A stretch of DNA of 64,000 bases from Methanofastidiosum sp. (GCA_040771805.1 JAXGZJ010000001.1:1295961-1359960); one strand, 5' to 3'. Numbered from the stretch's first letter, positions 31,090-41,131 are shown. Numbers and translations: made by a program. Notes: generated by a model from the sequence alone, not told the origin.

Positions 31090-32505
31090 TCACTTGAAAT
31101 ATTTTTTGACTTCTTCTACAACTATTCCGCCCAATGCAACTAAAGCTATCAAATTAGGTATTGCCATAAGTCCATTGAACATATCAGATATATTCCACAC
31201 TATATCTACATATGTAACAGATCCAAAAAAGACTGTAAACAAGAAGACTACTTTATATAAAAATTTATTTCTAATTCCAAATAGGTACTCAAAACATTTT
31301 TCTCCATAGTAGGACCATCCCAATATTGTTGAATATCCAAAAAGGGCGGTACACAATACTATAACTACCGTTCCGATCATCCCTAAAGTTTGAGTAAATG
31401 CAGCACTTGTTAAAGCTGACGAAGTCAAATCACCGCTCCAAATGTCAAGATTACTCTCAAGTATTACAAATCCAGTCATTGAACAGATAATTATTGTATC
31501 AATAAATACTTCGACTATGGCCAATGTTCCTTGTCTTACTGGATGAGGCGTCTTTGCTGCAGAGTGTGCTATTGGTGCGCTACCCAGTCCCGCTTCATTT
31601 GAGAAAATTCCTCTCGCAATCCCAAATCTAACTGCCTTTGACACGGCAAAACCTGCTACTCCTCCAACAAATGCTGTTGATGAAAAAGCATATCCTACGA
31701 CAGATGCAAATACATAAGGAATCCTATCATAGCGAATTAATATAATTGTAATTGCTGCTAGAATGTATAATATACACATAAAAGGTACAAGGAAAGATGT
31801 AACCTCTCCTATTCGCTTGATTCCACCAAAAATAACAAGCGCTGTGATAATTACCAGTAGTACTCCTATGATTGCTGAAGCTGTGAATACTTCTCCAAAA
31901 ACAGGCAAAGTAGTTGCACTTCCTTTGCCAATGTTTGATATTAGTACCAATACAACAGAATTGGCTTGTGCCATGCTACCAATTCCAAAAGAAGCAATGA
32001 CACCGAAAACAGAAAAAAGTATTGCTAAAATTTTTGCATCAATATTATATTTTTCTTTAAATCCTCTTTGAATGTAATACATTGGCCCGCCTGAAAATTC
32101 TCCTTTTGGATTTTTTTCTCTATATTTTACTCCTAAAACAACTTCAGAAAATTTAGTGGCCATACCGACTATTGAAGTAATCCACATCCAAAAAAGTGCT
32201 CCAGGGCCCCCCATTACAATAGCTGTGGCTACTCCTGCAATGTTTCCGGTACCTACTGTAGCCGAAAGGGCCGTAGTTAGCGCATGGAATGAAGGTATGT
32301 CCCCTTGGAGATCTTCTTTCTTAAAAACACATTCTAACAAATTTTTAATCGATAGTACTAGTCTTCTGAACTGAATGCCCCTTAGTATAATAGTTAAATA
32401 TAAACCAGTTCCAACAAGTAATAGTATCATTATAGGTCCCCAGATAATAGAATCTAAAGTTCCTACTATATTTGAAAAAAATTCTAAAATATCCATGTCA
32501 ATCAT
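31090..32505 (-). CDS. Alanine/glycine:cation symporter (AGCS family)
   Basis: AGCS motifs GIQFRR and ..ALSATVGTGNIAGVATAI.. are present. Start trimmed to MIDMD because the longer ORF runs into the tRNA-Val gene. Confidence 0.8.
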   Translation of the reverse strand: MIDMDILEFFSNIVGTLDSIIWGPIMILLLVGTGLYLTIILRGIQFRRLVLSIKNLLECVFKKEDLQGDIPSFHALTTALSATVGTGNIAGVATAIVMGGPGALFWMWITSIVGMATKFSEVVLGVKYREKNPKGEFSGGPMYYIQRGFKEKYNIDAKILAILFSVFGVIASFGIGSMAQANSVVLVLISNIGKGSATTLPVFGEVFTASAIIGVLLVIITALVIFGGIKRIGEVTSFLVPFMCILYILAAITIILIRYDRIPYVFASVVGYAFSSTAFVGGVAGFAVSKAVRFGIARGIFSNEAGLGSAPIAHSAAKTPHPVRQGTLAIVEVFIDTIIICSMTGFVILESNLDIWSGDLTSSALTSAAFTQTLGMIGTVVIVLCTALFGYSTILGWSYYGEKCFEYLFGIRNKFLYKVVFLFTVFFGSVTYVDIVWNISDMFNGLMAIPNLIALVALGGIVVEEVKKYFK

Positions 32506-32548
32506 AAAGTATGTATACAGTTCATTTAAAAAATTATCTAAAAATAAG

Positions 32549-32622
32549 TGGGCCCACTGAGATTCGAACTCAGGATCTCCGCCGTGTAAAGGCGACGTCA
32601 TAACCAGCTAGACCATGGGCCC
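32549..32622 (-). tRNA. tRNA-Val (anticodon UAC)
   Basis: Hand-folded cloverleaf: acceptor GGGCCCA/UGGGCCC, D-loop with GG, anticodon stem UCGCC/GGCGG, loop UUUACAC, T-arm CUGAG-UUCGAAU-CUCAG, discriminator A. No encoded CCA. Confidence 0.85.
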
Positions 32623-32655
32623 GCTAGTTATCGTATTAAAGTTAATATATAAATC

Positions 32656-33108
32656 TTATGATTTTTTTCCAGTCATTGATTCAATATCTATTCGGAGAAT
32701 GCATGTTTGCTCTATTTGTTGAATTGAATAGTCATAAGTGTCCCCAAGATAATGAGATATTATTATATTCATGCATTTTCTTTTTTCTTCTAAATTAGAA
32801 ACAAAATATGCTCTGCCAAATCCGACAACACTTTTATATCTCATAGAATAACTACAAATATTTTTAGATTTGACAAGTTCCACATCTACGTCAGCTTCAA
32901 AAGAAACATAATTATTCTTCTTTAAAATATCTATTTTTTTCCCTATTTTAGAAGTATGTAAATAGATGTTATTATTTCTGTAACCAAAATTTAATGGAAT
33001 GACGTAAGGTATATTGTTTTCACACAAAGCAATCCTTATAATTCTTGCCTTATTTAGGATATCTTCAATTTCGTGAATATTTTTAATCTCTTTTTCGGCC
33101 CTTTCCAT
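32656..33108 (-). CDS. Pyridoxamine 5'-phosphate oxidase-like FMN-binding protein
   Basis: 150 aa with a split-barrel pattern (..IIRIALCENNIPYVIPLNFGY.. ..YLHTSKIGKK..). Confidence 0.55.
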   Translation of the reverse strand: MERAEKEIKNIHEIEDILNKARIIRIALCENNIPYVIPLNFGYRNNNIYLHTSKIGKKIDILKKNNYVSFEADVDVELVKSKNICSYSMRYKSVVGFGRAYFVSNLEEKRKCMNIIISHYLGDTYDYSIQQIEQTCILRIDIESMTGKKS

Positions 33109-33260
33109 AGAATAATTACTAAAAGCTTCTATTTATGACTTTCGTTAATTTTAACAATCATAAAAACTACATTATAATGTCCAATTAAAATAATGGGGCC
33201 TCTTTGATATAAGTAGCATATTTGACAAGATTTATATAGAAGGGGCAAGAGTAGGCCACA

Positions 33261-34499
33261 ATGATTTCTATATTGATACTCTTAAGCGTATTCATATTAG
33301 TTGCCATTAGACAAGTAGGAAAACTTAAATTAGAGATATGGCATTCCATGACTTTTGGAGCAATAGCCTGTCTATTGACAGGCCAGATAACACCTATTGA
33401 TGCCCTTAAATCAGTTAATCTAGACATAATTCTTTTTTTATTTGGAATGTTTGTGATAGGTGTTGGTCTTGAAGAAAGTGGCTATCTTTCACATATTTCT
33501 TTTAATATTTTCAAAAATGCAAAAAACTATAATGAGTTGATGTTTTTAATACTATTTGTTGTAGGATTTTCCTCTGCTTTTTTGATGAATGATACCCTTG
33601 CTATTATAGGAACTCCCGTAGCACTTCATCTAAGTAAAAAGCACAATACTTCGCCAAAACTTTTACTTCTAGCATTGGCTTTTGCAGTTACTATCGGAAG
33701 TGTAATGAGTCCAATAGGAAATCCTCAAAATCTTTTAATAGCTCTGGAAGGAAATATAAAAAATCCATTTGTCATATTTTTTAAGTTTCTTTTAATTCCA
33801 ACAATTATTAATCTAATAATTACCTTTTTTATCTTAAAATATTTCTATAAAGATAATTTTCAACTTAACTCTCTTAACCACTCCTATGAACCTATAAAAA
33901 ATAAGGAACTTGTAAAATTATCTAAAATTTCTCTTATTCTTATATTTATTTTGATATCTCTAAAGATAGCAATAGTTTTTTTTGAAATTAATTTTGATTT
34001 TAAGTTAACCTATATATCATTAGTCTCTTCATCACCTTTGTTAATTCTGTCTAAAAATAAAAGGAGGATTCTAAAAAATGTGGATTGGAAAACTTTGATA
34101 TTTTTTATTTCTATGTTTATTTTAATGCAAAGTGTATGGAATAGTGGATTTATTCAAAAGCTAATCATTAATATGAATGTTAATATAACTAACTTATTAA
34201 TGATATTTATTGTGAGTATAGTACTAAGCCAGTTCATTTCAAATGTCCCTCTCGTTGCACTTTACTTGCCCATGTTACTTGAAGCTGGCGCATCTTCAAA
34301 AGAGATCATAGCACTTGCTGCAAGTAGCACAATTGCAGGAAATTTATTCATTTTGGGGGCTGCAAGTACAGTCATTATAGTTCAAAATGCTGAAAAAAGG
34401 TCAAATGAAACTATCACATTTTTAGAGTTTGCAAGAGTGGGAATTCCATTAACAATTCTCAATGCAGCCGTATATTATGTATATCTATCATTTTTCTGA
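33261..34499 (+). CDS. Anion permease of the ArsB/NhaD (CitMHS) superfamily
   Basis: 412 aa, ~11 TM helices, with an internal repeat architecture typical of this superfamily. Confidence 0.55.
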   Translation: MISILILLSVFILVAIRQVGKLKLEIWHSMTFGAIACLLTGQITPIDALKSVNLDIILFLFGMFVIGVGLEESGYLSHISFNIFKNAKNYNELMFLILFVVGFSSAFLMNDTLAIIGTPVALHLSKKHNTSPKLLLLALAFAVTIGSVMSPIGNPQNLLIALEGNIKNPFVIFFKFLLIPTIINLIITFFILKYFYKDNFQLNSLNHSYEPIKNKELVKLSKISLILIFILISLKIAIVFFEINFDFKLTYISLVSSSPLLILSKNKRRILKNVDWKTLIFFISMFILMQSVWNSGFIQKLIINMNVNITNLLMIFIVSIVLSQFISNVPLVALYLPMLLEAGASSKEIIALAASSTIAGNLFILGAASTVIIVQNAEKRSNETITFLEFARVGIPLTILNAAVYYVYLSFF

Positions 34500-34988
34500 C
34501 GTACATTTTACTATTCCACGTTTATGGAAGTATTTTTGGTGATATTCTTCTGCCCTATAAAATATATTTTTGGGTAGTATTTCTGTAACTATTTTACTAC
34601 GCAATTTACCAGATTTTTCAAGTTTCTCCATGTATTTCAAAGCTTTACTTTTTTGTTCATTGTTGTGATAAAACACAATAGACCTATATTGGCTTCCTAT
34701 ATCTAAACCCTGTCTATTCAGGGTAGTTGGATCATGAATACTCCAAAATATTTCCAGTAAGGCATCATAAGAAACTATATTTGGATCAAATTCTATTAGG
34801 ACAGACTCTGCATGTCCTGTTACATCCTTACATACTTCTTCATAAGTGGGATTTATTGTATAACCACCGGAATATCCGACCTGTGTAGAAATGACGCCCT
34901 TAATCTGGCAAAATTCAGATTCTACTTTCCAAAAACATCCAGCAGCAAACGTCGCTTTTTCAATTTCCAGCATAATTGTAACAATCAT
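34488..34988 (-). CDS. msrA: Peptide methionine sulfoxide reductase MsrA
   Basis: The catalytic GCFW motif sits in ATFAAGCFWKVE. Confidence 0.85.
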   Translation of the reverse strand: MIVTIMLEIEKATFAAGCFWKVESEFCQIKGVISTQVGYSGGYTINPTYEEVCKDVTGHAESVLIEFDPNIVSYDALLEIFWSIHDPTTLNRQGLDIGSQYRSIVFYHNNEQKSKALKYMEKLEKSGKLRSKIVTEILPKNIFYRAEEYHQKYFHKRGIVKCTSEK

Positions 34989-35074
34989 TACAGTTATTTA
35001 ACTATAGTTCTTATAGGTAAGAATCAAAAATAATACTGAATACATATTTAAAAGAAAAATAGAAATAAAAAGTT

Positions 35075-35653
35075 TTAGTACTCTTCACACAGTCTTTCAA
35101 AGTATGCGGTTTCATGATCACAAGAGGGGCAAATCTCTGGTGGTTCATTGCCTTCATGTATGTATCCACATTTTCTGCATACCCATAATACTTTTTCTTT
35201 CTTTTTGAAAAATGTTCCTTCTTGTAGCTCTTTTAGCAGTTTAATATATCTACTTTCATGGTGCTTTTCTGCTATTGCAATCGCCCTAAGTCTCTTTGCA
35301 ATATCCTTGAATCCTTCCTTTTCTGCAATATCTGCAAATTCAGGATACATATGTGTATATTCGTAATTTTCACCTTCAATGGCTCCTTTTATGTTTTCAA
35401 TAGTGTTTCCAAGAACTAATGGTGCTTCCGATTCAACTATTATTTTTGTAGGATTTCCATCTTCTTTTATGGCATTTATCATTCTAAAGAGCCATTTTGC
35501 ATGTTCTCTTTCATTTTCTGCTGTTAGTAAAAAAAGCTCAGAAATCTGTTCATATCCTTCTTTCAAAGCAATCTTTGCATAGATAGTATATCTATTCCTT
35601 GCCATGCTTTCTCCAATGAAAGCTTTAGTCAAATTTTCTATTGTTTTAGTCAT
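35075..35653 (-). CDS. Rubrerythrin
   Basis: Ferritin-like diiron E..H motifs plus a C-terminal rubredoxin-like CRKCGY...CPSCDH. Confidence 0.85.
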   Translation of the reverse strand: MTKTIENLTKAFIGESMARNRYTIYAKIALKEGYEQISELFLLTAENEREHAKWLFRMINAIKEDGNPTKIIVESEAPLVLGNTIENIKGAIEGENYEYTHMYPEFADIAEKEGFKDIAKRLRAIAIAEKHHESRYIKLLKELQEGTFFKKKEKVLWVCRKCGYIHEGNEPPEICPSCDHETAYFERLCEEY

Positions 35654-35847
35654 TATATCCCCAATTAATATTTAATAGAAACACTATTAAATATTTCTAT
35701 TGTTTTTCCATTAACAATTAGACACTTATTACTAGATTTTTGATAGATCCAATTAATATGATTTTAAGAATCGCCATTTCAATTATTTGTTTTTATATTA
35801 GAGAAGTTATTTAAATTTAAACTATAAAAAAGATTAAGGTGTATTTA

Positions 35848-37032
35848 ATGATGCCTCTTGACGGAATTAAAGTAATTGACTTTACGGGAGCTTTATCTGG
35901 GCCTTACTGTAGCATGCTTTTAGGGGATATGGGTGCTGAAGTAATAAAAATTGAGAGGCCAAATAGAGGAGATGATTCTAGAAGCTGGGGCCCTCCATTT
36001 ATACGTGATAATTTAAGTACTTATTTTGTAAGTATTAATAGAAACAAAAAAAGTATTAGTTTGAATTTAAAAGAACCTGAAGCAATAGAAATCGTAAAGA
36101 AATTAATAAAGGATGCAGATGTTTTATTAGAAAACTTTAGACCCGGGGTTATGGAGAAGCTCGGTCTTGGATATGAAGAAATGAAAAAAATTAACGAAAA
36201 ATTGATATATTGTTCTATTTCTGGATTTGGTCAGAATGGCCCTTATAAATTCAAAACTAGTTATGATCTTATATTACAAGGCATGGGGGGGCTTATGAGT
36301 GAGACAGGCGAAACAAACGGCGGCCCAGTTAAAATCGGTATTGCGGTAACAGATATTTCTGCAGGAATGTTTGCATGTTATGGAATTCTTAGTGCCATAA
36401 TTGCAAGATGTAAAACAGGAACAGGACAGTTTATTGATATTTCTATGCTAGATTGTCAAGTTTCGTGGCAGACCTATTTTGCAACAGGATATCTTTTTTC
36501 TGGAATAATTCCATCAAAAACAGGAAGCGCACACTCTCTTATTTGTCCCTATCAGTCTTTTAAAACTAAAGATATTTTCATTAACATTGCTGTTGGAAAT
36601 GAAGAAACATGGAAAAAATTTTGTGAAGTATTAGAAATAGATATCGCTGAAGATGAAAAATACTTCGATAATGGAAAAAGACTAGAGAATAAAGATCAGC
36701 TTGTAAAAATAATAGAAAATAAACTTTCAAAGAAATCAGGAGAGGAGTGGTTACATCTTCTTGAAAAATCTGGAGTTCCTTCTGGTCCAATTTATACAAT
36801 CGACAGATTATTAAATGACTCACAGGTTTTACATAGAAAAATGATTGAAGAAGTTACTAATCCCTTATATGGAACTATTAAAATTCCAGGATTGCCAGTT
36901 AAATTATCTAATACAAAAAGCATGATAAAGCTGCCTCCTCCCGTATTAGGGGAACACACTGATGAGATACTAAAAAAACTGGGATATACAGAGGAACAAA
37001 TAGAATCCTTTAGAATAAGAAAACTCATCTAA
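35848..37032 (+). CDS. CoA-transferase family III (CaiB/BaiF)
   Basis: Motifs ..GIKVIDFTGALSGPYC.. and the catalytic Asp region GIAVTDI are present. SD AAGGTG favours the ATG at 35848. Confidence 0.8.
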   Translation: MMPLDGIKVIDFTGALSGPYCSMLLGDMGAEVIKIERPNRGDDSRSWGPPFIRDNLSTYFVSINRNKKSISLNLKEPEAIEIVKKLIKDADVLLENFRPGVMEKLGLGYEEMKKINEKLIYCSISGFGQNGPYKFKTSYDLILQGMGGLMSETGETNGGPVKIGIAVTDISAGMFACYGILSAIIARCKTGTGQFIDISMLDCQVSWQTYFATGYLFSGIIPSKTGSAHSLICPYQSFKTKDIFINIAVGNEETWKKFCEVLEIDIAEDEKYFDNGKRLENKDQLVKIIENKLSKKSGEEWLHLLEKSGVPSGPIYTIDRLLNDSQVLHRKMIEEVTNPLYGTIKIPGLPVKLSNTKSMIKLPPPVLGEHTDEILKKLGYTEEQIESFRIRKLI

Positions 37033-38036
37033 CATACTCTTGGAACAGGATCTGCAACAGGAGCCTCTAAAATTCTTTTTCCTCCTATTGCTGTTTCAAG
37101 TAATACTTTTTCCCCTTTTTTTACTTCACCTATAATAGTGGCATTCTTGCCAAGTCTATCTTTTCTTAAGATATCAATAATTGAATCTGCGTCTTCTTGA
37201 CTAACAGAAATCAATACTTTACCTTCACATGCAATCTCCATAAAGTTTAATCCCAGTATATCACATATAGCTGCCACTTCGTCCCTCACTGGAATTTTTT
37301 CCTCTTTAATCTCTATTTTAACATGAGATTTTTTTGAAAATTCATTTAAAGCGTTAGCAATACCTCCTCTTGTGGGGTCTTTCATTGCATGAATTTGAAA
37401 TGGAAGAATCTTTTCTATCATTTTGTTTAGAGGGGCGACATCAGATTTTATATTTGATAAAAAAGGGATATCCTCCCTAATAGAAAGCATTGCTGCCCCA
37501 TGATCACCTACGGTACCAGAAACTATAATTACGTCTCCTACTTTAAGATTTTGATCAGAATGAAGATTTTTTGTGAATCCAACACCAGATGTGTTTATGA
37601 AGAGATCATTTCCTGCAACTTTTGTATCCCCTGTAATCAAAGGAACGCCTGCCTCCTTTAATGTATCGTCCATAGATTTTATAATTTTTTTAAATTTATC
37701 TGTAGGAAATCCTTCTGGAAGTATTACTCCAGACGAGATTGCAAGAGGTTTTGCACCCATGACTGCAACATCATTTATAGTTCCAGACACAGAAAGTCTA
37801 CCGATATCCCCGCCTGGAAAAAAAAGAGGGGTCACAGTATGTGAATCTGTTGTAAAAACAATATGTCCGTTGCAAAAAGGTATTGTTCCAGAGTCATCCA
37901 TATCCGATATGCCTAATCCGCCCATAATTTTGTTAAGAGAGAAGCCATTTACGTATAGAGACTTAATTAGTGTCTCCATCATTTCGCCTCCCCCGCCATG
38001 CTCAGATTTGATGATATCTGAATTAAATTCTCCCAT
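37029..38036 (-). CDS. hypE: HypE (PurM-superfamily carbamoyl dehydratase; [NiFe]-hydrogenase maturation factor homologue)
   Basis: Recalled E. coli HypE motifs (FSTDSYVIDPLFFPGGNIGKLA, TGDTKVV, LFINT.G.G, VSGT.GDHG, D.TRGG) are all conserved. The diagnostic terminal PRVC (PRIC in HypE) is present. Confidence 0.8.
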   Translation of the reverse strand: MGEFNSDIIKSEHGGGGEMMETLIKSLYVNGFSLNKIMGGLGISDMDDSGTIPFCNGHIVFTTDSHTVTPLFFPGGDIGRLSVSGTINDVAVMGAKPLAISSGVILPEGFPTDKFKKIIKSMDDTLKEAGVPLITGDTKVAGNDLFINTSGVGFTKNLHSDQNLKVGDVIIVSGTVGDHGAAMLSIREDIPFLSNIKSDVAPLNKMIEKILPFQIHAMKDPTRGGIANALNEFSKKSHVKIEIKEEKIPVRDEVAAICDILGLNFMEIACEGKVLISVSQEDADSIIDILRKDRLGKNATIIGEVKKGEKVLLETAIGGKRILEAPVADPVPRVC

Positions 38037-38106
38037 ATGTGATTAGAAATATAGGAAAACTTTATAAACATTATCAAATCTTTAGGCCATATATAATGGT
38101 GATTAT

Positions 38107-38481
38107 ATGTCAATTTGGCAATCTAGATCAAAAAGAAAACCAACAGGTGGACGACTTACACGTTCAAGAAAAAAACTGAAGAGAGAGTTAGGCAGGGAAT
38201 CTACATTTACAGTAATTGGAGAAGTCAGCAAAAAAAAGGTAAGATGTTTCGGGGGAACCGAAATAATTGAGCTCATGAGGGCTGATTATTCTAATCTTTT
38301 AACTAAAGAGGGGTACAAAAAAGCTAAAATAACAGGTGTCGCAGAAAATCCGGCAAACAGACATTTTGTAAGAAGAAGTATAATTACAAAAGGTGCAATA
38401 ATTACTACTGAGTTTGGTAAGGCAAGGGTCACCTCAAGACCCGGGCAAGATGGCGTAATTAACGCTGTTTTAATCGAATAA
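38107..38481 (+). CDS. rps8e: 30S ribosomal protein S8e
   Basis: The S8e N-terminus SIWQSRSKRKPTGGR matches. Confidence 0.85.
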   Translation: MSIWQSRSKRKPTGGRLTRSRKKLKRELGRESTFTVIGEVSKKKVRCFGGTEIIELMRADYSNLLTKEGYKKAKITGVAENPANRHFVRRSIITKGAIITTEFGKARVTSRPGQDGVINAVLIE

Positions 38482-38591
38482 TTTCTTTTTAGGCTAATAT
38501 AACGTCTTTTTTAGAGAAAAGTTTAAATAAGATTCTTTATTAGTAATTTTAACTTTATTTTGCCTTTTTTGGCAATCAAGGAGGTATAATT

Positions 38592-38813
38592 ATGAGAGAG
38601 CCAGAAGAACTCCCCCTTGCACCTCTTGAGAGGCTGTTAAGGAAAGAGGGGGCTGAAAGAGTATCGGAAGATGCATGCAAAGTATTGGGCGTAGCTCTTG
38701 AAGATTATTCAAGAATAATCGCAAGAAAAGCTAAAGACTATTCTGCTCATGCTAAAAGAAAAACAATAAAGGCAGAAGATATCGAACTAGCCTTAAGAGA
38801 CCTAAATATTTAA
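38592..38813 (+). CDS. Archaeal histone (HMf family)
   Basis: 73 aa with a histone fold (...LPLAPLERLLRKEGAERVSEDA... ..KRKTIKAEDIELALR..). A perfect SD AAGGAGGT lies upstream. Confidence 0.85.
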   Translation: MREPEELPLAPLERLLRKEGAERVSEDACKVLGVALEDYSRIIARKAKDYSAHAKRKTIKAEDIELALRDLNI

Positions 38814-38888
38814 TTTTTTCTTATGCAAGTGAAAATTAAATATTTGGTAGTTTTTTCAATTTAATAGTTTCTCCGATTGGTGAAGCAA

Positions 38889-39056
38889 ATGCAAAAGAAA
38901 ATTAAAAAATGTGCCCATTGTAAGGTAGATTTTAACATAAAAGATAAAAATCGTATAGTGTTAGAATTATGGAAAGATAAAAAGCACCTTACTCGACTTT
39001 ACTTCTGTAGTAAGAACTGTTTTGTATCGTTCTTAAAGGATAAAAAAGTCATATGA
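38889..39056 (+). CDS. Small TRASH/FCS-type zinc-finger protein (not in the ORF track, 55 aa)
   Basis: Hand translation gives MQKKIKKCAHCKVDFNIKDKNRIVLELWKDKKHLTRLYFCSKNCFVSFLKDKKVI*. The C-x2-C...Y-FCS-x2-C spacing is the TRASH domain. Confidence 0.5.
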   Translation: MQKKIKKCAHCKVDFNIKDKNRIVLELWKDKKHLTRLYFCSKNCFVSFLKDKKVI

Positions 39057-39397
39057 GGTTGTACATGTCTAAGGAAATGTTAAAAAGTTTTAGAAGATCT
39101 TTTCTTGAACAGAAATACAGATTTGATCTTGGCAGACAATTTTTAGTTTACGTAAACTTTGCACTCCTTGTAATTGCTGCGTCTGATAAGATAAAATTAA
39201 TAATTGATTTAAAGACAACTGAACTTTTATTTATACTCGTTCCTTTATCTTTTATAGCAACCTATATATTAGGATACATTTTAGACAAATTCGTTAAGTT
39301 TTCGCAGGCTACTCAAATGGTCGAGGCTAAAAGAAGCCCTTACACTATGATGACCCAAGATAAACTTGACAAAATTATAGAGTTACTCGAGAAATAA
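39053..39397 (+). CDS. Hypothetical membrane protein (2 TM)
   Basis: 114-aa ORF overlapping the TRASH ORF stop (ATGA). Confidence 0.45.
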   Translation: MRLYMSKEMLKSFRRSFLEQKYRFDLGRQFLVYVNFALLVIAASDKIKLIIDLKTTELLFILVPLSFIATYILGYILDKFVKFSQATQMVEAKRSPYTMMTQDKLDKIIELLEK

Positions 39398-39451
39398 TGG
39401 GAAAAACTTATATTCAAAAAGCATTATAAACTTATATTATTAGGGGATAAT

Positions 39452-39745
39452 ATGGGTAAAATTGCAGCAACTAGATTAAGAGATAAAATGATTGTAACAG
39501 AACAAGGACATGAAATAGGTACTCTTTTCGATATGGTGATAAATGAGGATACTGGAGAGCTTATAGCTCTTGTTGTTGAACCTACAACTGATGTTATTTT
39601 AGACAATATGATAACAGATAAGGAAAATTTAGTTCTCGTTCCTTTTAGTGCTGTCAGGGCAGTAAAGGACTTTATTATCGTTGATGTTCGAAGAATTCCA
39701 AAGAAGAGTGAAAGAGTAGGAATGTTCGCAAAAGTTCCCGAATAG
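39452..39745 (+). CDS. PRC-barrel domain protein
   Basis: 97 aa. The pattern ...VTEQGHEIGTLFDMVINEDTGELIALVV... is PRC-barrel-like. Confidence 0.6.
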   Translation: MGKIAATRLRDKMIVTEQGHEIGTLFDMVINEDTGELIALVVEPTTDVILDNMITDKENLVLVPFSAVRAVKDFIIVDVRRIPKKSERVGMFAKVPE

Positions 39746-39806
39746 ATTATTTTTTAATTATTTTTTAATTCTACTACTCAATATTTAGCTCTCACTGAGA
39801 GCATAT

Positions 39807-40052
39807 ATGGCCTTGAGAGTAAACTATATTAAGGTATCAAAAAATTTGACAAAAGGAGCGACAGTTATGAAAAAGGAAAAAATTAAACTCCAACAAAAAA
39901 GTCAAAATAAATTCAAATCAGAAGGAACAAATATGATCATAGGTATAGGTTTAGGCATAATATTTTACTTAATTTTTGGAAACTACATACTTTCAGCCAT
40001 AACAGCCATAATAGTAGTTACAATTTTAGGTATTGGAAATAAAAACGACTAG
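39807..40052 (+). CDS. Small membrane protein (hypothetical)
   Basis: 81 aa with a Lys-rich N-terminus and 2 TM helices. Confidence 0.35.
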   Translation: MALRVNYIKVSKNLTKGATVMKKEKIKLQQKSQNKFKSEGTNMIIGIGLGIIFYLIFGNYILSAITAIIVVTILGIGNKND

Positions 40053-40717
40053 ATTTCATAAAGTTTTCTCTGATTCCACTCATTCTTTATATTATACAAA
40101 GTCTTCCATTCAGTTCTAACAAAATCTGGAAATTTGTTGTTTTGTTTATAGTAATCAGTTAAAAAATTTATAGTTTTTGGATCACTGGGGTATCCACTAC
40201 CAATCGAAACTCCAGCACTTTCCTCTATTTTTTTTATGAGTTCATCTCTTTTTACTTTTGCCAGTATTGAAGCAGCTGCGACAACAGGATATTTGTCTTC
40301 TGCTTTATGGGATGCTACAATTTCACAGGAAGAAAATTCGCTTCCAAGTAATTCCTTTAGATTCTTAGAAAATCTATCAGGATTCACATCACAAGAATCA
40401 CATATGATCTTTTTCATAGGAGTCTTAAGTTCAAGTATAGATTCTTTAAAAGCAAGAAGCTCAATGTAGTTAAGGCTAAATTTCTTCATTTCGTTATTAA
40501 GAAAAGAGGAATTTAATATTTTAAAAAAATATTTTCCTGGAAGATTTATTATCTCTAAATAAATCTTTTCTCTTTTCTTTCGAGAGAGTTTTTTTGAATC
40601 TTTTACTTTAAGATATTCAATTAAGTATAATTTTTCTTCAGGTAGTGAAAAAGAAGCAACTACAAGTGGGCCTATTACTGGCCCCCTGCCAGCTTCATCT
40701 ACTCCACATATCTGCAT
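40049..40717 (-). CDS. rnhB: Ribonuclease HII
   Basis: The N-terminus MQICGVDEAGRGPVIGPLV is the RNase HII catalytic hallmark. Start placed at that Met. Confidence 0.85.
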   Translation of the reverse strand: MQICGVDEAGRGPVIGPLVVASFSLPEEKLYLIEYLKVKDSKKLSRKKREKIYLEIINLPGKYFFKILNSSFLNNEMKKFSLNYIELLAFKESILELKTPMKKIICDSCDVNPDRFSKNLKELLGSEFSSCEIVASHKAEDKYPVVAAASILAKVKRDELIKKIEESAGVSIGSGYPSDPKTINFLTDYYKQNNKFPDFVRTEWKTLYNIKNEWNQRKLYEI

Positions 40718-40721
40718 TAGA

Positions 40722-41099
40722 CTAAACCTCCGCAGATAATAAAGCATGTCTTACGGCCTTGACACCGGTAAGGCCTTTTAACTCTGTCAAAAATTCTTTA
40801 ATTATTCTGGATTCACCTTTTAAAATAAATATCTCTAAACAGTTTTTTTCATCAAGATGTGTATGCAATGTAGTTTCAATTACATAATCATATTTATGAT
40901 GAATTGTATTCAAAGGGCTTTCTGATTTCTTATTTGATATAACCATACCAGTAACTACTAAACGTCCTTTTTCTGTTTCCCATACCTCAGTAGTTATGTA
41001 GTTTCGCAGCGCTTCTCTAATAATTTCAGATCTAGTTGAGAATCCCTTAATAGGAAGCAATTTATCCAGTTTATCTAACAATTCATCATTTATCGACAT
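40722..41099 (-). CDS. nikR: NikR-family (ribbon-helix-helix + ACT-like) metal-responsive regulator
   Basis: N-terminal RHH (MSINDELLDKLDKLLPIKGFSTRSEIIREALRNY) plus the C-terminal H-x-H...C nickel-site pattern (TLHTHLDEKNCLE). Confidence 0.65.
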   Translation of the reverse strand: MSINDELLDKLDKLLPIKGFSTRSEIIREALRNYITTEVWETEKGRLVVTGMVISNKKSESPLNTIHHKYDYVIETTLHTHLDEKNCLEIFILKGESRIIKEFLTELKGLTGVKAVRHALLSAEV

Positions 41100-41131
41100 G
41101 CTTATAATAGACATCCAATCCCTTCTGATTA

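Noticed and set aside
32506-32601. 5' extension of the AGCS transporter ORF
   Set aside because: It overlaps a well-folded tRNA-Val on the same strand. Internal Met gives a normal AGCS N-terminus.
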